Shown in pieces: positions 24,456-38,172 of a stretch of DNA of 64,000 nt (its first letter is position 1; each line of letters opens with the position of its first letter). Origin of the DNA: Phallusia mammillata. Lineage: Eukaryota. The stretch covers positions 1,116,001-1,180,000 of the forward strand of contig OZ281494.1 in the NCBI GenBank assembly GCA_965637545.1, in the 5' to 3' direction. Under the pieces are notes generated by a model. It was not told where the DNA came from and did not search any database. It saw only the letters and a program-made list of their open reading frames with translations. The translations under genes were made by a program, and so were the position numbers.

Positions 24456-25565
24456 GACTAACATTGACAGACCAAAATATCAACAAATGACTTTTGGTTG
24501 CAAATCAAGCAATCTATCAATCACAAAGCTTCTTTTTAATCCTTCTATGACTATAATTCTCCAACAAATTACGTAACTAAAAAAAGCTCTTAAACGCTCA
24601 CTTACTTCTAAACGTTAAACACTGGAATTGCTCAACATCGGTTAATGCTGTGAGTGATTATTTTATGTTTGCTGTTAAAGGGTATAAATTGATGCAGCGT
24701 ATCCGCTGCCCCACGCAGCGACAGCATATTGCAGATAGGTGTACACAAACAAGTAGTAGATAATACGGAGAAACAGTTGTCCAAAGTAGTCACGCAACTT
24801 GTACATAATAGGCTTGTGCTAGTGCTAACTACTGACACTGCCTTGCTGGTTTTAGTGCTTTTCATGTTTCGTGCATACAGGTGGCGTTTTGTACTACTGA
24901 TGCTTTCTTAACTTGTTTAACGTATTTGGCAAATCAATCTAAAGTCAGTAGTCTATCTAAAACTTGTTTTTTGCTCAAAGTATTTTTCTAGGCCAAAATT
25001 TTAAGCCTATGTACCCAATACAAGAAAGGAAAAGGTTTTGTTCAAATACCGAGTCAACACATAAAAGTTCATCAGCTTGTGACAAATAGCTTGTCTGACC
25101 CTCCGCATTTTTCAGCAAGTTTTACTGCATGAAAATCGGCTCAACAGAAAATGCTTCACTGTCGCTGTGTAGGCTGCTTGTTATGTATTGTTATGACTAC
25201 TTTCATTTCTGACATGTAAACTGGATTTAGCAATTAACGACAAGCAAGACATTTCAGTGGGTTGATTATTCTAGCGGTATATATAACGAGAGTCCGTCAA
25301 ATAAATTAATTATGTATTGTATACACTTCTATTTTTTCTGCACAAGTTTTCTGTTCATGTTGTTGCTTCAAGGCAACATTGTGGGAATTTAAGTTTCAAC
25401 AAATTTTTCACATTCAATTATTTTACGGAAACGGAGCAGCACATGAGCATCAGATTGCATTTGAGCATGATTAAACATCAGTTGTTCCAAAAGTTACAAA
25501 AAAATTGTAAAGGAACAAAAGCAAACGTTTAGATTGCTTTAACAATGTCGTTGTCGGTTTGCAGA

Positions 25566-28500
25566 TCATTGGAAGTTTGAATAAGTGTTGAAATCAGACA
25601 GATATTGCATGACGACCGAGTAGCAGTATTTGTAGAGTTCCTGTAACAAGATAAACTATAGTGAAAAAGATTTCCATTTATCTAGACACTATGTCTTAAG
25701 TAAAAAGTTACCTTGTTGTCGACCATATTCGGTCTCATATCTCTCAGGTCTTTCACAGTTCTGAATACATCCACCCGCTTTTGTGCCTTCAAACGTTCGA
25801 GAATGTTCACCAAAGCGATAAAGGTTCCAGTTCTTGTTGATCCATTGCTGGGAACATATCAAAATATTTAACTTGTCAACATATTTATGATTTAGAAACT
25901 TTCATTAGCACTCTACTTTTGATTTGTTAACAAATAGTTGTAGCGAATCTCCTTGTTTTGTGTCAACTGAAAACAGAATTTTACCTGCAGGCAACCAGCA
26001 CATATTGACAAATCTGTTTGGCCTTTAGCCGTTGCATTTCCTCGATAATTTTGATGAAATCCATTTCTTTCGGGGGTCGTTCCACGTCACTCCATCCCTT
26101 GACTTGCAGTAGCATCAATTGAGTATCAGCCTGAAAACAATTAAAGCTAAGTTTCATTATACACGTTATAAAGCTGGTTTTTGAATGCTAAAAGCCGGTA
26201 AGTTGATCCCAGTAGTTACGCAAATTTTGAAATAATGCTATGTTGTAAACGGTATTTTTGGGTTGTTTTTTGATAGATTATCTACTGATTTGTTTTTCAC
26301 ACACAAGACCACAGCAAACTTTGTACTTTGTTCTGAAGCAATGCTGTTCTAAAGTTTTCAACTTACAAAAGCGTTGGTTGTTGACCAAACGTCAACAGTT
26401 GTCAGATTGTGGACGTTGCTTTCATTTACGTCACATACAGAAACCGAAATATCTTCGAATTGTAATGCTGCATTCACTGGAATCTAAAAACAATTTTATG
26501 TTTTAATACGTAAAGAAATTGTGATTTGAAAAAATGACAGCCTTACATTAATGCTATTCTCCAAGTCAATGACAACCATAGCTTTTTTCTCCACAATCAT
26601 CTTCCAGAAATTTTCTTTTTCTCCAGCAGCAGGATTTTTTGCAGCAATAAAACATTCCGAAGATCCTTGTTCCTGTATTTAAAACTAGATTAAAGTAGAC
26701 TAAAAGAATCAGTTAATAACAATGTTTTGTCACAAGTGCAACGATCATTTACATTCTGACTTGAATGTAAATCATTAAAAATTGTTGACATTGTACCTGA
26801 ACGGTTTGCTACTGATCTATGTGTGTAAAGTATTGATACAATACATACGCCACCAATTGAAATTGAAACCGTGATGTGATTTGAAACATTGTAGTTTGTA
26901 TTATCACCTGAATATACGAGGCATCCAGTTGCTGTATAATCTCAAGTTTTTTGTTCCAAATTTTTACTGCCGTGTTCTTATCTGAACACAATATTTCATG
27001 TGTCTAAGGTCATACATTATTTTGAGAAGTAAACTTACATGTTCTCAGCTGTGGGTGATTTTCCTGCCATTCCTCGCCAAATCGCCACACTGACAATGTT
27101 TCAAATTCTTGCTCTTGCATCTTCTTGCTGCAAAAAAAGCTTAAGTGACAGCTACCAATGTCGTACACCAACAAAATGCTTGCAAGGAATTAAAATTGTA
27201 TACTAGAAATGAGCCATGTGTTGTGATTAATGACAAATGAGTTACATTTCACTTGAGGTCATCGATTGTAGTTCTGTCACATCTTTATCTGTTTCAATTA
27301 AATTCTCACGCTCCATGAGAAGTTTGTAGACGTACATGTATTGTTTCTGAAGAAAAACAAATTTAGAAAAAAAAACATGATTGACGTTAGTCTTAGTTCC
27401 ATCATATGGCCCCCTATAGAGCAGTTAACATGTGGAATTTGTGCAGAATTCCTTCTTGTCGTTTTTTTATAGTTAAGTTAACGTTTGCAGCACATTACCG
27501 AGTTTTGAATCATGTCTGTTCGCTTTTCTCTCATTCTTAACACAGTTCGTGGAACATCAACTGTTCCTTTGTCGTCAAGTTCTTGAAACAAAGTGTCCAT
27601 CGCTATGTAAGTACCTGTGCGCCCCACTCCTGCACTGCATTTAAACGTTGGGTTTACTGATTGGTCAAAATAACACAGGGGTTGTCAAGTCTTTACCTGC
27701 AGTGCACAATGATTGGAGCATTTGTGTTTTGCAAATCATCGACCATGTTACGTAGGTGGATCATGTATGTAGTTACTGGAATCCCATGATCGGGCCAAGT
27801 TGTAAACTGCAACTGTGTTATGAAACGTTGCTCCTGGGAACGAAAACAAGTAATTACATGAATTATTACGTCAGTTTTACTGGAAAGGAACGTGTCATCC
27901 ACATGACGTGCAATGCGTGAGTCAAGAAAACATTAGGCAACGAAATTTTAGCAAGACAAATACTAGTTTGTTGGTCATTTACGTTTTATGGTTACATTTT
28001 CGTTATTTACACAAACCCTGGTTGTAGATAATTCGAACTGTCGATATATGATTCCTCCGAGACTTGTTTCATGTTGTGTTCGAACTTCCAAATTCGACGA
28101 CAATTTGATTTTGGAGTCCATATCAGGCCAATATTTTTCACACTTTGTCTGCATTTAAAATATATTTTGTTATCTTTAGACTAGTGGTTCTCAACCCGTT
28201 TCAGGCCATGGACCACCGTCGCAGCAAAAACAATATCGTGGACCATTACATTTTTAAGCAAGATTAAAGTAGGCCTATAAAATAATCATGTTTGCTTGAA
28301 ACATATTTATTCAAAACCTATTTACAAAAACGTAAATGCTATTCACAGGATCTGTTCCTCTAATAGTAGGCATGTTATTGTCCACGATCACTGAGTCAAA
28401 ACTCTTTCAGTAAAGGAATAATTAAGAAGCAAATGCTTTTGACTCAAATTCAGTAGACACTTACAAGAAGTGAGATAGAATTGCTGACAACTAACACGCT

Positions 28501-31500
28501 GACCGTTTTTTAAAATACAAAAAACAGTTTTTCACCAAGTTTATTTAACGTCCTGTGGACCACTCAAAAAGTCTTCATGAACCTCTAGTGGTCCAAGGAA
28601 CACCAGTTAAGAAACACTGCTTTAGACAAACAAAAACTCGTTTTCTATTCACTCTTTGGGAGATTTGATTTTTTCAATCAATGTATATTTGCCACATAAA
28701 AAACTCAACTTTTCCTTTTTCCACCAAGCCAGTAAGCATTACGATGATGTTGGAGTTTTCCTGCCAAACCATCAACCAGAAATCGTTGATTGTCTCCTTC
28801 TTCGGACCCTGAGTGGCGATGAACTTCCTCTCGTTATCGTAACCCGGTATATAAGCGGCGTTGATGTAATCGTTTTCACCGCTTCCTTGCAAAACTACTC
28901 GGGCATGATCGTCTATTGAATAAACGCCATTAATACTGAGATTTTATCACACGTGCAGAAGTGTTACAACAAATATCCACTGTAGCCAATAGTGTAATAT
29001 TTACCTCATACAAGTAAAATAGCAAAACCAACTATCTTAATAAAAACAATAAAAACAAAACAAAAACTGAGGATTTGAATTATGTTATGTCGCGGAAACA
29101 AATGTGCAACAACTATGCCAGTAATAAATCAAGGGATTTACAACACAACAAAGTGACTTTTCCCGAGACTTTGATCAATAGGAAAAATCAGCCAATTTCA
29201 TATACTCATTTGTTAAACTCATTTGTATTTCGTGTTTCAATACTTACATGGGAAAATATTCTTGTAGCGGTTTCTCACAGCATTTTGCGGCAATTGTGAC
29301 ACGTCCCTTGTTCTCTGGCTGTTTTTGCTTTGGTTTTCGACTTCCTGAAAAATGGTTAAAACGTAATGAAAGGAGTTTTTAAGGTTTGATTGTTTTCTTC
29401 TTGAATTGCTCGGACATAAATGTTGATTATAGTTTTCTCTAACCTTAAATTCGTTGACAAATAGAAGTCCTGACTCAACATTTTGCTTGAACACCTCAAA
29501 CAATTTGGTGATTCTGCAGTTTTTTGAGGGGACAACAGAAGAAGATAGGTTTTCGTATATCACGGGTCCTGTTGAAACCATTATGTATATTTCAGCATGG
29601 CTCTATGGTATTGTTTTCATCAATTTTGTGAAACCCTATTATTTAATTAGCAATTTTCGATAGTGAAAGTTACCTGCGGGTGACATTTGCGATGAAAATT
29701 CCACATGTGAAGGCGGATCTTTATTATTTCTGCAAACACAGAACAGCTTTGAGTTAAACTTTTTTAGTTGGTCATGTTTCTATTTAATTGTACGTGAGTG
29801 TATAATCTTTGCTTTAATAAAAAACAAGTTTGAATATTTATTCGTGATCTAAATTTCAGTCGGTGGTAAAAATTTGGTTACCGGGCATCATGAGCAGAAG
29901 AATTTTGTCCAAAATGTTTTGATCAAAAATATCTAAAACATATTTATGTTTTGTGAGCCAAATCAGTTAATGACAAACCTGTTTCGACGTTTAATCATAA
30001 CCACCAGCACAGCAATGACAAGTACCAGAAGCAACAGCCCGATCACCAGACCAGCAATCATTCCAACACTACTCGCAGGATTTGTTCCAGGATAACAGTT
30101 TGTAGGTGGATTTCCCAGAGTTGTTACTGTCAGATTGGATGTGATGTTTGTGTTGATTGAACCAGTGACTATGGATGTAATCTGTGATACAAAAAACTAC
30201 TTTCAGTTTAATTTTCAACAAAATGATTTTTAAGATTTTTTTCTGTTTATTTTTGCTTGGTCAAATATGAAAGAGAACAAGTCCTTACCAATATTTCATA
30301 CAAAGTAGAGTGAAGGAGATCTTCTATCATAGTTGATTTATCGCAATAAGGAACAGAGATTGTTTGATTCAAACCCTCGACTTCAATTTCAACCTGTATG
30401 TAATTTGGATGCAATGATGAATTTAGTTTTTTTCAGAAAGTTTGTCACACTTTCAGGTTCGTTTATCAAACAATGAAGACTCTAAAAACAGCAACAAAGA
30501 GTTTCCATTAGACCTGCGCTAACAGATCGTTGTTCATGAGAAATTGGTCAAGTCCAGTCCAATTGACAAGCACATTTGAAGCGTTGCATGGAAATGTCTC
30601 TGCAGTCGAGTTTACTGGAATAAAAGATTTACTGTTTCCGTTTTACAAAACTTACAGTAATTCAACAAATATTGTAGGCGTTTTAAAAATCGTGTTTGTT
30701 GATCACTTGTCTGCACTCCATATTTCTGTATAATTTTACTAAATCTATTACCTTCAGGATAGCAGCTTTGCGGGAGATTTCCCGGAGTTGTTACTGTCGC
30801 ATTAGATGTGATGTTTGTGTTGATTGAACCAGTGACAATAACTGTGACCTGAAAGTCATCAAACACGTAACTATTCTTGTACGTTTCACCTTAAATGTGT
30901 TAAATCAACTCTTAATGGAAAATAAATTCACCTGAATCTCGTACAACGTTGAGTGACTGAGATCTTCTATTAAGGCCGAATCGCTAAAGTACGGAACTGA
31001 AGTTGATTGGTTTAAACCCTCGATGTTTATCTCAACCTGCATGTAGTTTGGTTACAAATATTTGTTTGAGAAACACACAAACTTGCTGTCAACCTGCGCC
31101 ACGAGATCATTGTTGCTGATGAATTGATCAAGTCCAGTCCAACTGACAAGCACGGTTGAAGCGTTGCATGGAAATGTCTCCACAGTCGTGCTTACTGCAA
31201 TGCAAATAAGAAAGAAACGCTGTGTCAGGTTCTTAAAGTTTTTGCGATAATTTTTACCTTTTGGGTAACAGCTTTGAGGGGGATTTCCTGGAGTTGTTAC
31301 TGTCAGATTGGATGTGATGTTTGTGTTGATTGAACCAGCGACAATCACTGTGACCTGGAATACCCAAGCTACGTAAATACATTGCGATGAAAATGTTTAA
31401 ACTTGCAGTTGATTGTAAGCAAAAGGTGTACTGCAACTACTTCGATTAACTCAAACAAGAAAATAAATTGCACCTGAATTTCATAGACTGTTGAATAAAC

Positions 31501-34500
31501 TAGATCTTCTATCAAAGTCGAATTGTGAGAATATGGAACAGAGATTGTCTCACTTAAACCCTCGGCTTCAATCACAACCTGTTTTAGTTTCGTTTTAATT
31601 AACGGATTAACAAATACAAACTCGGTTCAAACCTGCGCTGTTAAATCGTTGTTGTTAATGAATTGATCAAGTCCATGCCAACTGACCAGTACAGTTGAAG
31701 CGTTGCATGAAAAAGTCTCTGCAGTTGCGTTTACTACAAAAATCGTTGTCAGATTTATGGTTTAAATTCCACACGCGACATGTTCGCTTACGTGGAGGAT
31801 AGCAACTTGATGGGGGATTTTCATAAGTTGTTACTAGTTTGGATGTTGACACGTTAGCAGTCAGGCATCCCGTTAGCATTGCAGTGATCTGTTAGTAATA
31901 TTAGATGGTAAAATAGAATACTAGTTTGTTTAGATTTTATAGTTTCGCTATCTTTGATGAAAGTATTTCGATACTATTTTCGTCTCCGTTATTTTCAGTG
32001 GAAAATGAGAAAAACTAGGTTGTAGTCCAATAACTTGATTGATACTAATATTGAGCTGGTCATTCATAATGAACAAACAAATTCAAATAAATTATGTTCA
32101 AATAGTTTCAAACACACTTTACCTCAAAACTATATTGTGTCGCGAAACTTAGGTTTCCAATGGTTGTTGATAGATTTGCATACGGTGCCATAATTCTTCG
32201 GTTGAGCTCCAAAACATGAATCTCAACCTAAATACAACATTTACGAAAAGTTCAAATCGGGGATATTAGAAAAACGATTGCGGTATTGCAACTCTACAGA
32301 ACAGTGATTGTCGAAGGCCTCTGGATTGTGCCAACCTCTTCCTCATAGCTGATGTACTATCTCGATTCTCGAATATTTGTTTCAGTATTGAAGCGATATT
32401 TAAGAATAAATTAACATGCAGCTCTGAGTCCATTAAAACAGAGCATTTGTTTATTCGCAGGAACTTGCTTTAGCCTCGCTTGACCCCTCCAAACACAGCT
32501 CCTATCATAGTTGTGGACAAAACTTACGTAATTTAAATTGGGTAGACAAAACGTCTTGACAGATCCGCTGGGTGGAGCTCTGTAGCGAATCTACATACCC
32601 GCGATTGTGCCTTTTTCTCGCATTATCTCTTTGATCGTGTTTGTCGCGCGTAAAGTCTTGTTCTTTTTTAATTTTGCCTATAAACACCGAACTCTCGCCA
32701 TTGCGGTATATAATCTGTTACCTCTGCGAGTAGATCATAGCTTTCGATGAACTGATCAAATCCAGTCCAATTGACCACCACAGTTGAAGCGTTGCATATA
32801 TATTTATCCACAGTAGCTGTGACTTAAAAGTAAATCATCTGGTTAAATGTCTATTTTGAAAGAAAATCAAATTAGGCTATAATATTACCAGGGAACATCG
32901 CAACATAAGAGAAGCTGTGTTTCAAATAAATCAAATCAACTTAACCAGATTGTTTGAAGTTTACTCTCAATTTCGAATCAATTAACTACTTACATTTCAC
33001 TTGACAAGCGTAGTAAGCTGGTTCCCCACTGCAGTTCATGCTTGACTGCTCCCAGCCGATCCCATAATGCAATGCTCCCTGTTGGCAAGTTGTAACGTTG
33101 GAAACGGGAAAGTTTGCCGGAGATCCGTCGCTCCAATACCAACCATTTAACGACTTGTTGTAACGAGCTCCAATTAGGACTTTAATGTCTGAAACCATTT
33201 TTGCGATGATTTTTAATGACACGAGCGACAGATTTTTATGGTTGCAAGTTTTTGAAACCAAACGCTCACCTGGTGCCAGGAACGATCCTTTATAAGTTGT
33301 AAAGTTTTTGTACATTTCATTAACACTCCTCAACTTGCTTGAACGTAATTCAGTGTTATCATAATTGAATATATCTTTTTGGCGCTTGTTAATGTTAACA
33401 TCGGAAAAGAAGGAATACTGAAATATCCACTCTGCAAATAATTAGATAGCCTTATACAAGGTTTTGTTTTGACTAGAATGGAATAAATATGAAAAAAATG
33501 TGTACGTTGGTGTGATATATATAGCAAACTCGTGAAAAATAAATGTGTAAAAACCGGTTGGTTTCATGGAATTTTTGACTGCCGAACTTTTATTCGATGC
33601 TTGACACAATGACCACTTCACAATGCTGTTTGTCCTCCTGCTTTTGTTCTATTTTTGGTAACCACACAAGTGCTTATTAGCCCTGGTCACTTATATTAAT
33701 GTAATAGTTCTATAGCTTTGTTACGGTCCTTAGCTACAAGGATCCTTTTTCGCGGTTGCCCAGATACATTCCGCTACGTGGACATAATAGTATTTAAAAA
33801 CGTAACGTTAGTGGTGTGATATATTAGCAAGAGTTTAGCGCCGAGCATTCATTCTATATTGTTATCCTATGGTACAATCGGATTTACTCCACGTTGAATT
33901 CTTAAACCTATTTCTGCTGGTGTGGATATTGCTCAGTTCTGAATCAGTGAACGGTTCTACGGCAGGGGTCGGCAACCTTTTAGGCGACGCGTGCCTATTG
34001 ACTTGTTATTTCAATGTCTTAATAACCTCGCGTACCAACCTTTTTTCTATATAACAGTGGTTCGTGCCAGCTGATATCAACAATAAAAAGAAAGCAGAGC
34101 GTTTTGTGCATGTAATGCCAAATTTTAAAAGGCGAAAGCCTTTATACTTACGGTGTATCTTACAATCTTCTCCAATAGTTGCAATCCACCTCTCAGCATT
34201 AGGACCACTTCCATAATTGCAAAAGTAAATTTGTTGCATGGTATTGTTAGGATTGCTATTCAACAAATTGCACGTTTTTATGGTTACAGATGTGTTAATG
34301 TTAAAATCTATTACCTCTTATACAAGTCGAAATACCACAGATGTCCGAGTAATTCCGCACTATTCCAACCGTCTTCAGTCGAACTATTTGAGTATTTGTA
34401 TCGTTCATGTTGGAACGTGTTGTAAAAAATATAAATTCTCTGCAAATCTGAAAAGATATTTGTTATTTATTTTTTCACAAATATTTCTAAAATAAAATGT

Positions 34501-34916
34501 GCAGCCATGAGTAAACTCGTCTTTGCAATTATGATTTGAATCCTTTTTTGTGTCAAAATAAGTTTATTGTTAGATTTGTGGAATACAAGTTGGGGAAATA
34601 AACTATCATCAACTTGAACCTGTTGTGTATTTGTCAGTCATGAGTTCAGTAAGAGTTGTGTTGATCTGTGGGTCATCAGTCATTGCAAGATTTCCACCCA
34701 GCAAAGAACATTTTTCCTGTGCAGTGTTTGCATCCACAAGATCGTCAGATAATATCAACACACTGTCCTTCACTGCTTGCATGGTTTTGTTACAATCTGA
34801 CAAAAAATGAATGTTATAGCGTTGCTGTGATGTTTTACAGTATTCTACTTCTTACTTGCAGCTGATGACCATTGTGCAAGCAGCATCACGAAAAACGCCA
34901 CAGTCCTGTTTATCAT
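25566..34916 (-). CDS. G5: apparently intact CTLD-CTLD-FN3x4-TM-PTP(D1)-PTP(D2) receptor-type tyrosine phosphatase (R4/PTPRA-PTPRE-like cytoplasmic region)
   Basis: Signal exon 34856-34916; four FN3 triplets ~32820-30290; TM exon ~29980-30180. D1: [69 protein letters not shown]2: [54 protein letters not shown]. Ends [24 protein letters not shown] (25566-25568). No stop or frameshift seen in the exons checked, only an in-frame 3-nt deletion after WPDHG. Confidence 0.85.
28182..28619. mobile_element. Non-autonomous hAT (Charlie-like) DNA transposon / MITE in a G5 intron
   Basis: Imperfect TIRs TAGTGGTTCTCAACC / reverse complement CAGTGTTTCTTAACT. 8-bp TSD CTTTAGAC at 28174-28181 and 28620-28627. 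The paralogous G4 intron (~42128) has the empty site CTCTAGAC once. Confidence 0.85.
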
Positions 34917-36859
34917 GTTAAAAAAGTTCTGTGCTTCCAATGCTTTTTTATTCATGCAACAAACGTCTAATTGGAAATAAATGACACCATTTACTAGTTC
35001 AACTAGTTTAGCAAAACAGAACACACGAGACAGTTGCACCTGGCACATATCACCGTCCATGTGGCAACTCGAATTAAACTGAAAATTACTATTAACATTG
35101 GCATTAAACTGCTTTACGTCAAAATAAAACGTCAGTTATTTCGCCTATTTTGACGTAAGAAATATCTGGTGCAAATTAACTGACTGGTTTTAATGGTACA
35201 CTACCATCAAGACGCTCGTTATTGCGAAACCTCTCTGGCTAAACAAAAATCCAAACGAATATGACAAACTTGAATTTTTAGCTGTCAACGTACCGGTGCA
35301 CCTACAGAAACGAAAGTAATTTGGCATTTTTCAATGTTCGCATTGACGTTGTCTGTTTACTGACTTGTTTAATCGCGTGTGACCTATCGCAAACATTATG
35401 TTGGCGAGTGACAAATATTTACTGAACCTAAAAAAACGGGTTCATTTCACTTTGCGACCTAAAAGCTCATCGTAATATGTGTTCGGGCTAACGTGTATTT
35501 CGTTATTCATTAGCATCAGATAAACAATCGTAAAAGCAAGTCTGCGCACGACAGATTTTACTTTCTTTTTACAAAATACTTTCCTTGTTGAAAGTCTACG
35601 AACATCACGTATTAAGTAGCATGGATTAGATACAGAAACAATCATATGAAAACGATTCAACGTGAAACAGTCATTATTTTCTCTTTTTCAAAATAAGAAT
35701 CAGCATTTAAACGTGAACAAGAACAACCAAAAATGATCGAATATTTCAATACATTTTTCTTAACAACTTTACAAACTCCTGCTTAAAATATTTGCTATTT
35801 AATAGAAACTATGCTTGTTACTCCTGGTATGAGTGCAGTTTGCTATGAGGATTAAAATTCGACATTGCTAAATCTTGCATAATTGATTTTTTATGATGTG
35901 AATTGATATGTAATGGTAATGAGAAAAAAAACCCTTTCGCCTTATAGCAATTTTACACCTGTTTTGACTTTGAACACCGCAGAGAAACGCAGGTGGTTGC
36001 TGATTCGGCCATTGACGTTGCATGTTTATTGACTGCCCCAACTTAGTTTGTTGGCTTTGTACAAACAATTTGTTGCTGAGTAATAATTTTTTACAGCAGC
36101 CGTTACTGATTTTTGTTGAACTAGTGCTGCATGGCTTTCAGCCTTTTATACTCAATGTGCTCAACGTAGTTAATGCGGCCTATTTCAATGCGGCCTATTA
36201 TTGTTACCAGCATGCAGAGGTTGATTATCATTTATTGCTTTAGTTCATTATAGCTTCACACTCCTGCTTATGATGCATACGTGGATACTCGAAACTTGAT
36301 TACTCGTTTAAAGTGTGGTCCTGAGCGCTTTTTTCGTTTTAGGTTTTGCACCTTTGCGAGGCAGCGATCATTTGTAAAAATGCAAAACCAAATGTTTTTG
36401 TTTGACTCGAATCACAGATCACATGAAAAACAATAACTTCCCAAAAGCAACTCTAAACGTGTTCTTTGCTGCTAGCCTAACTAAACCGATCTCCATGATA
36501 AAATTGACAACAGCAGTGGTTAAATCATGTGCGGTAAAATGTGTTTCTTATACAAGATCTTAATTTGTTGTTTTTAACATTTCTTGGTCAAACATTGATT
36601 TTTTTGTTCAAATGTAACTAAATGTGCAATATGTGTTTGTTAAAATGGTAAAGCTGTTTTGTGTTGTTTAAATTTTGCACAAACAATCATAAAACACTTG
36701 TATAACCTAAAAGGCGTGTATGATAAGCTTCACAACATAAAATACGGCGTTGGAAGGGCAAAATTTGGACGTGCTTCCAAAGGTAATATGGGAATTATGT
36801 TTCTAGTTTGAAGACTGAAAATCCGTTTCAAAGTGCTAAATACAAACGTAAAATGAACT

Positions 36860-36960
36860 AAATAAAACATGCAAGACGTAAAAAGGCAAAACGCAATGGT
36901 CAAATTTGACAAAATTACGTTATGGTTTCGTATGTATGGTAAAAGAGATTCTTCACACTT
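36860..36960 (-). pseudogene. Relic of the terminal exon and 3' UTR of a dual-tyrosine-tail gene
   Basis: Reads ...HTYETIT* (stop 36915-36917), followed by the same 3' UTR (ttttgtcaaatttgaccattg) as G7 and G3. There is an in-frame stop just upstream and no TM exon nearby. Confidence 0.7.
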
Positions 36961-37599
36961 CATACGTTGCAAATATTAATTATTTGTTTCTATCCCCACC
37001 AGTGGTCTATGTGGCTATAGTTTGAATGTCAGTTGTACATAGCTTTTGTTTGTGTTCATATCGTGGTCGTATATTCAAAAACCACATTTTCCTTTTCATT
37101 CTTACTGTTCTTTGCACCAACTTTACTGCATTTGTTTTGAATCGACGTCGACTAACTAGGCAATCAAAGCGAGCGAGTTTGCGCAAAGTCTGACGTCAAC
37201 TTTATGCAATCAATACATCCCTGGCACAAAGGTTGGTCAGAGCGCGAATGTGTAACAATGCGCAAACACAACTCCTAAAATTCCTAACTTAATGTACGTG
37301 TGTACTGGAAGGTGTATTTTTAAAATTATGCCGTCAAGCTCTACACACCATTCGGGGTAATTCGTTTTTTTTAACACATTTGTCGTTCATTTGGTGTAAT
37401 GTTAAGCATAATACTAGTTGTTTTCAGGAACGTATATTTTTGCTGACATTTCTCTCACCAGAACGGTAGGGCCGCGAGTAATGAATAATATATTGCGAGC
37501 ACACGGGCAAAATTGTGCATAACTAATATCCAATTGTTGGTGGGGAAGTTGGACGCAATAAACGGCAGAAAACGGGGCTGAGGCCTTTGTCATCTATGT

Positions 37600-37960
37600 G
37601 ATTTTGAACCTTCGCATTTGAGTTCATACATTAACTTTCAAAGACCAACCTCTTCAACCTATTGAGTTCCTGTTTCAAAATTTGGGCATCTTCCCAATTA
37701 ATGCGGTGATCAAATTCCAAAAAACTTGTTCGCAAAATGCAGACTTTTTAGCTTCGATATTCTTGACAGCCACTTCCTGTTCTTTGAGGCGTGAATTTAG
37801 ATTCCGTTTGGTTTGGTCAATGTACACCATATCGCAAACACGGCAAGGCACCTGGTAAATAACTGCTGTACGATGTTGTGGTATCTTTTTGTTTTGGTAG
37901 CATTTGGCCAATTGTTTCAAGAGGTTTCATTGCCACGTTTACCCCAGCATCGTTCAATAT
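37600..37960 (-). mobile_element. Degenerate Penelope-like element fragment (GIY-YIG endonuclease)
   Basis: ORF 37675-37920: VIYQVPCRVCDMVYIDQTKRNLNSRLKEQ...KKSAFCEQ matches the PLE GIY-YIG pattern with G->D and H->Q decay. A shifted frame continues with INWEDAQILKQE.NR.KR. Confidence 0.7.
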
Positions 37961-38172
37961 AAAACCTCGATAAAGACTTAACGCGGGTTTAAGGATAGAC
38001 TTGTTACACGCCTCTAAATTTTACAGCTGGCTGTGTGCAGTTAATCAACGCCACCACGAGACAAGGCCACTCGTACCAACCAACATTTACGTCATAAGGC
38101 ACTTTGAGTTAGCGGAATCGAAACAAATGCGAGCATTTAGGGTTGTCGCTAATCAATAAAGACCGCATTTGG

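Noticed and set aside
24632-24911. GC-richer patch with two overlapping short ORFs between G5 and G6
   Set aside because: No recognisable motif, termini or splice structure; cannot support a call.
25566-34916. Assigning the symbol PTPRA, PTPRE or PTPRC (CD45)
   Set aside because: The cytoplasmic similarity is R4-like, but the ectodomain differs and the family is expanded; orthology needs a phylogeny.
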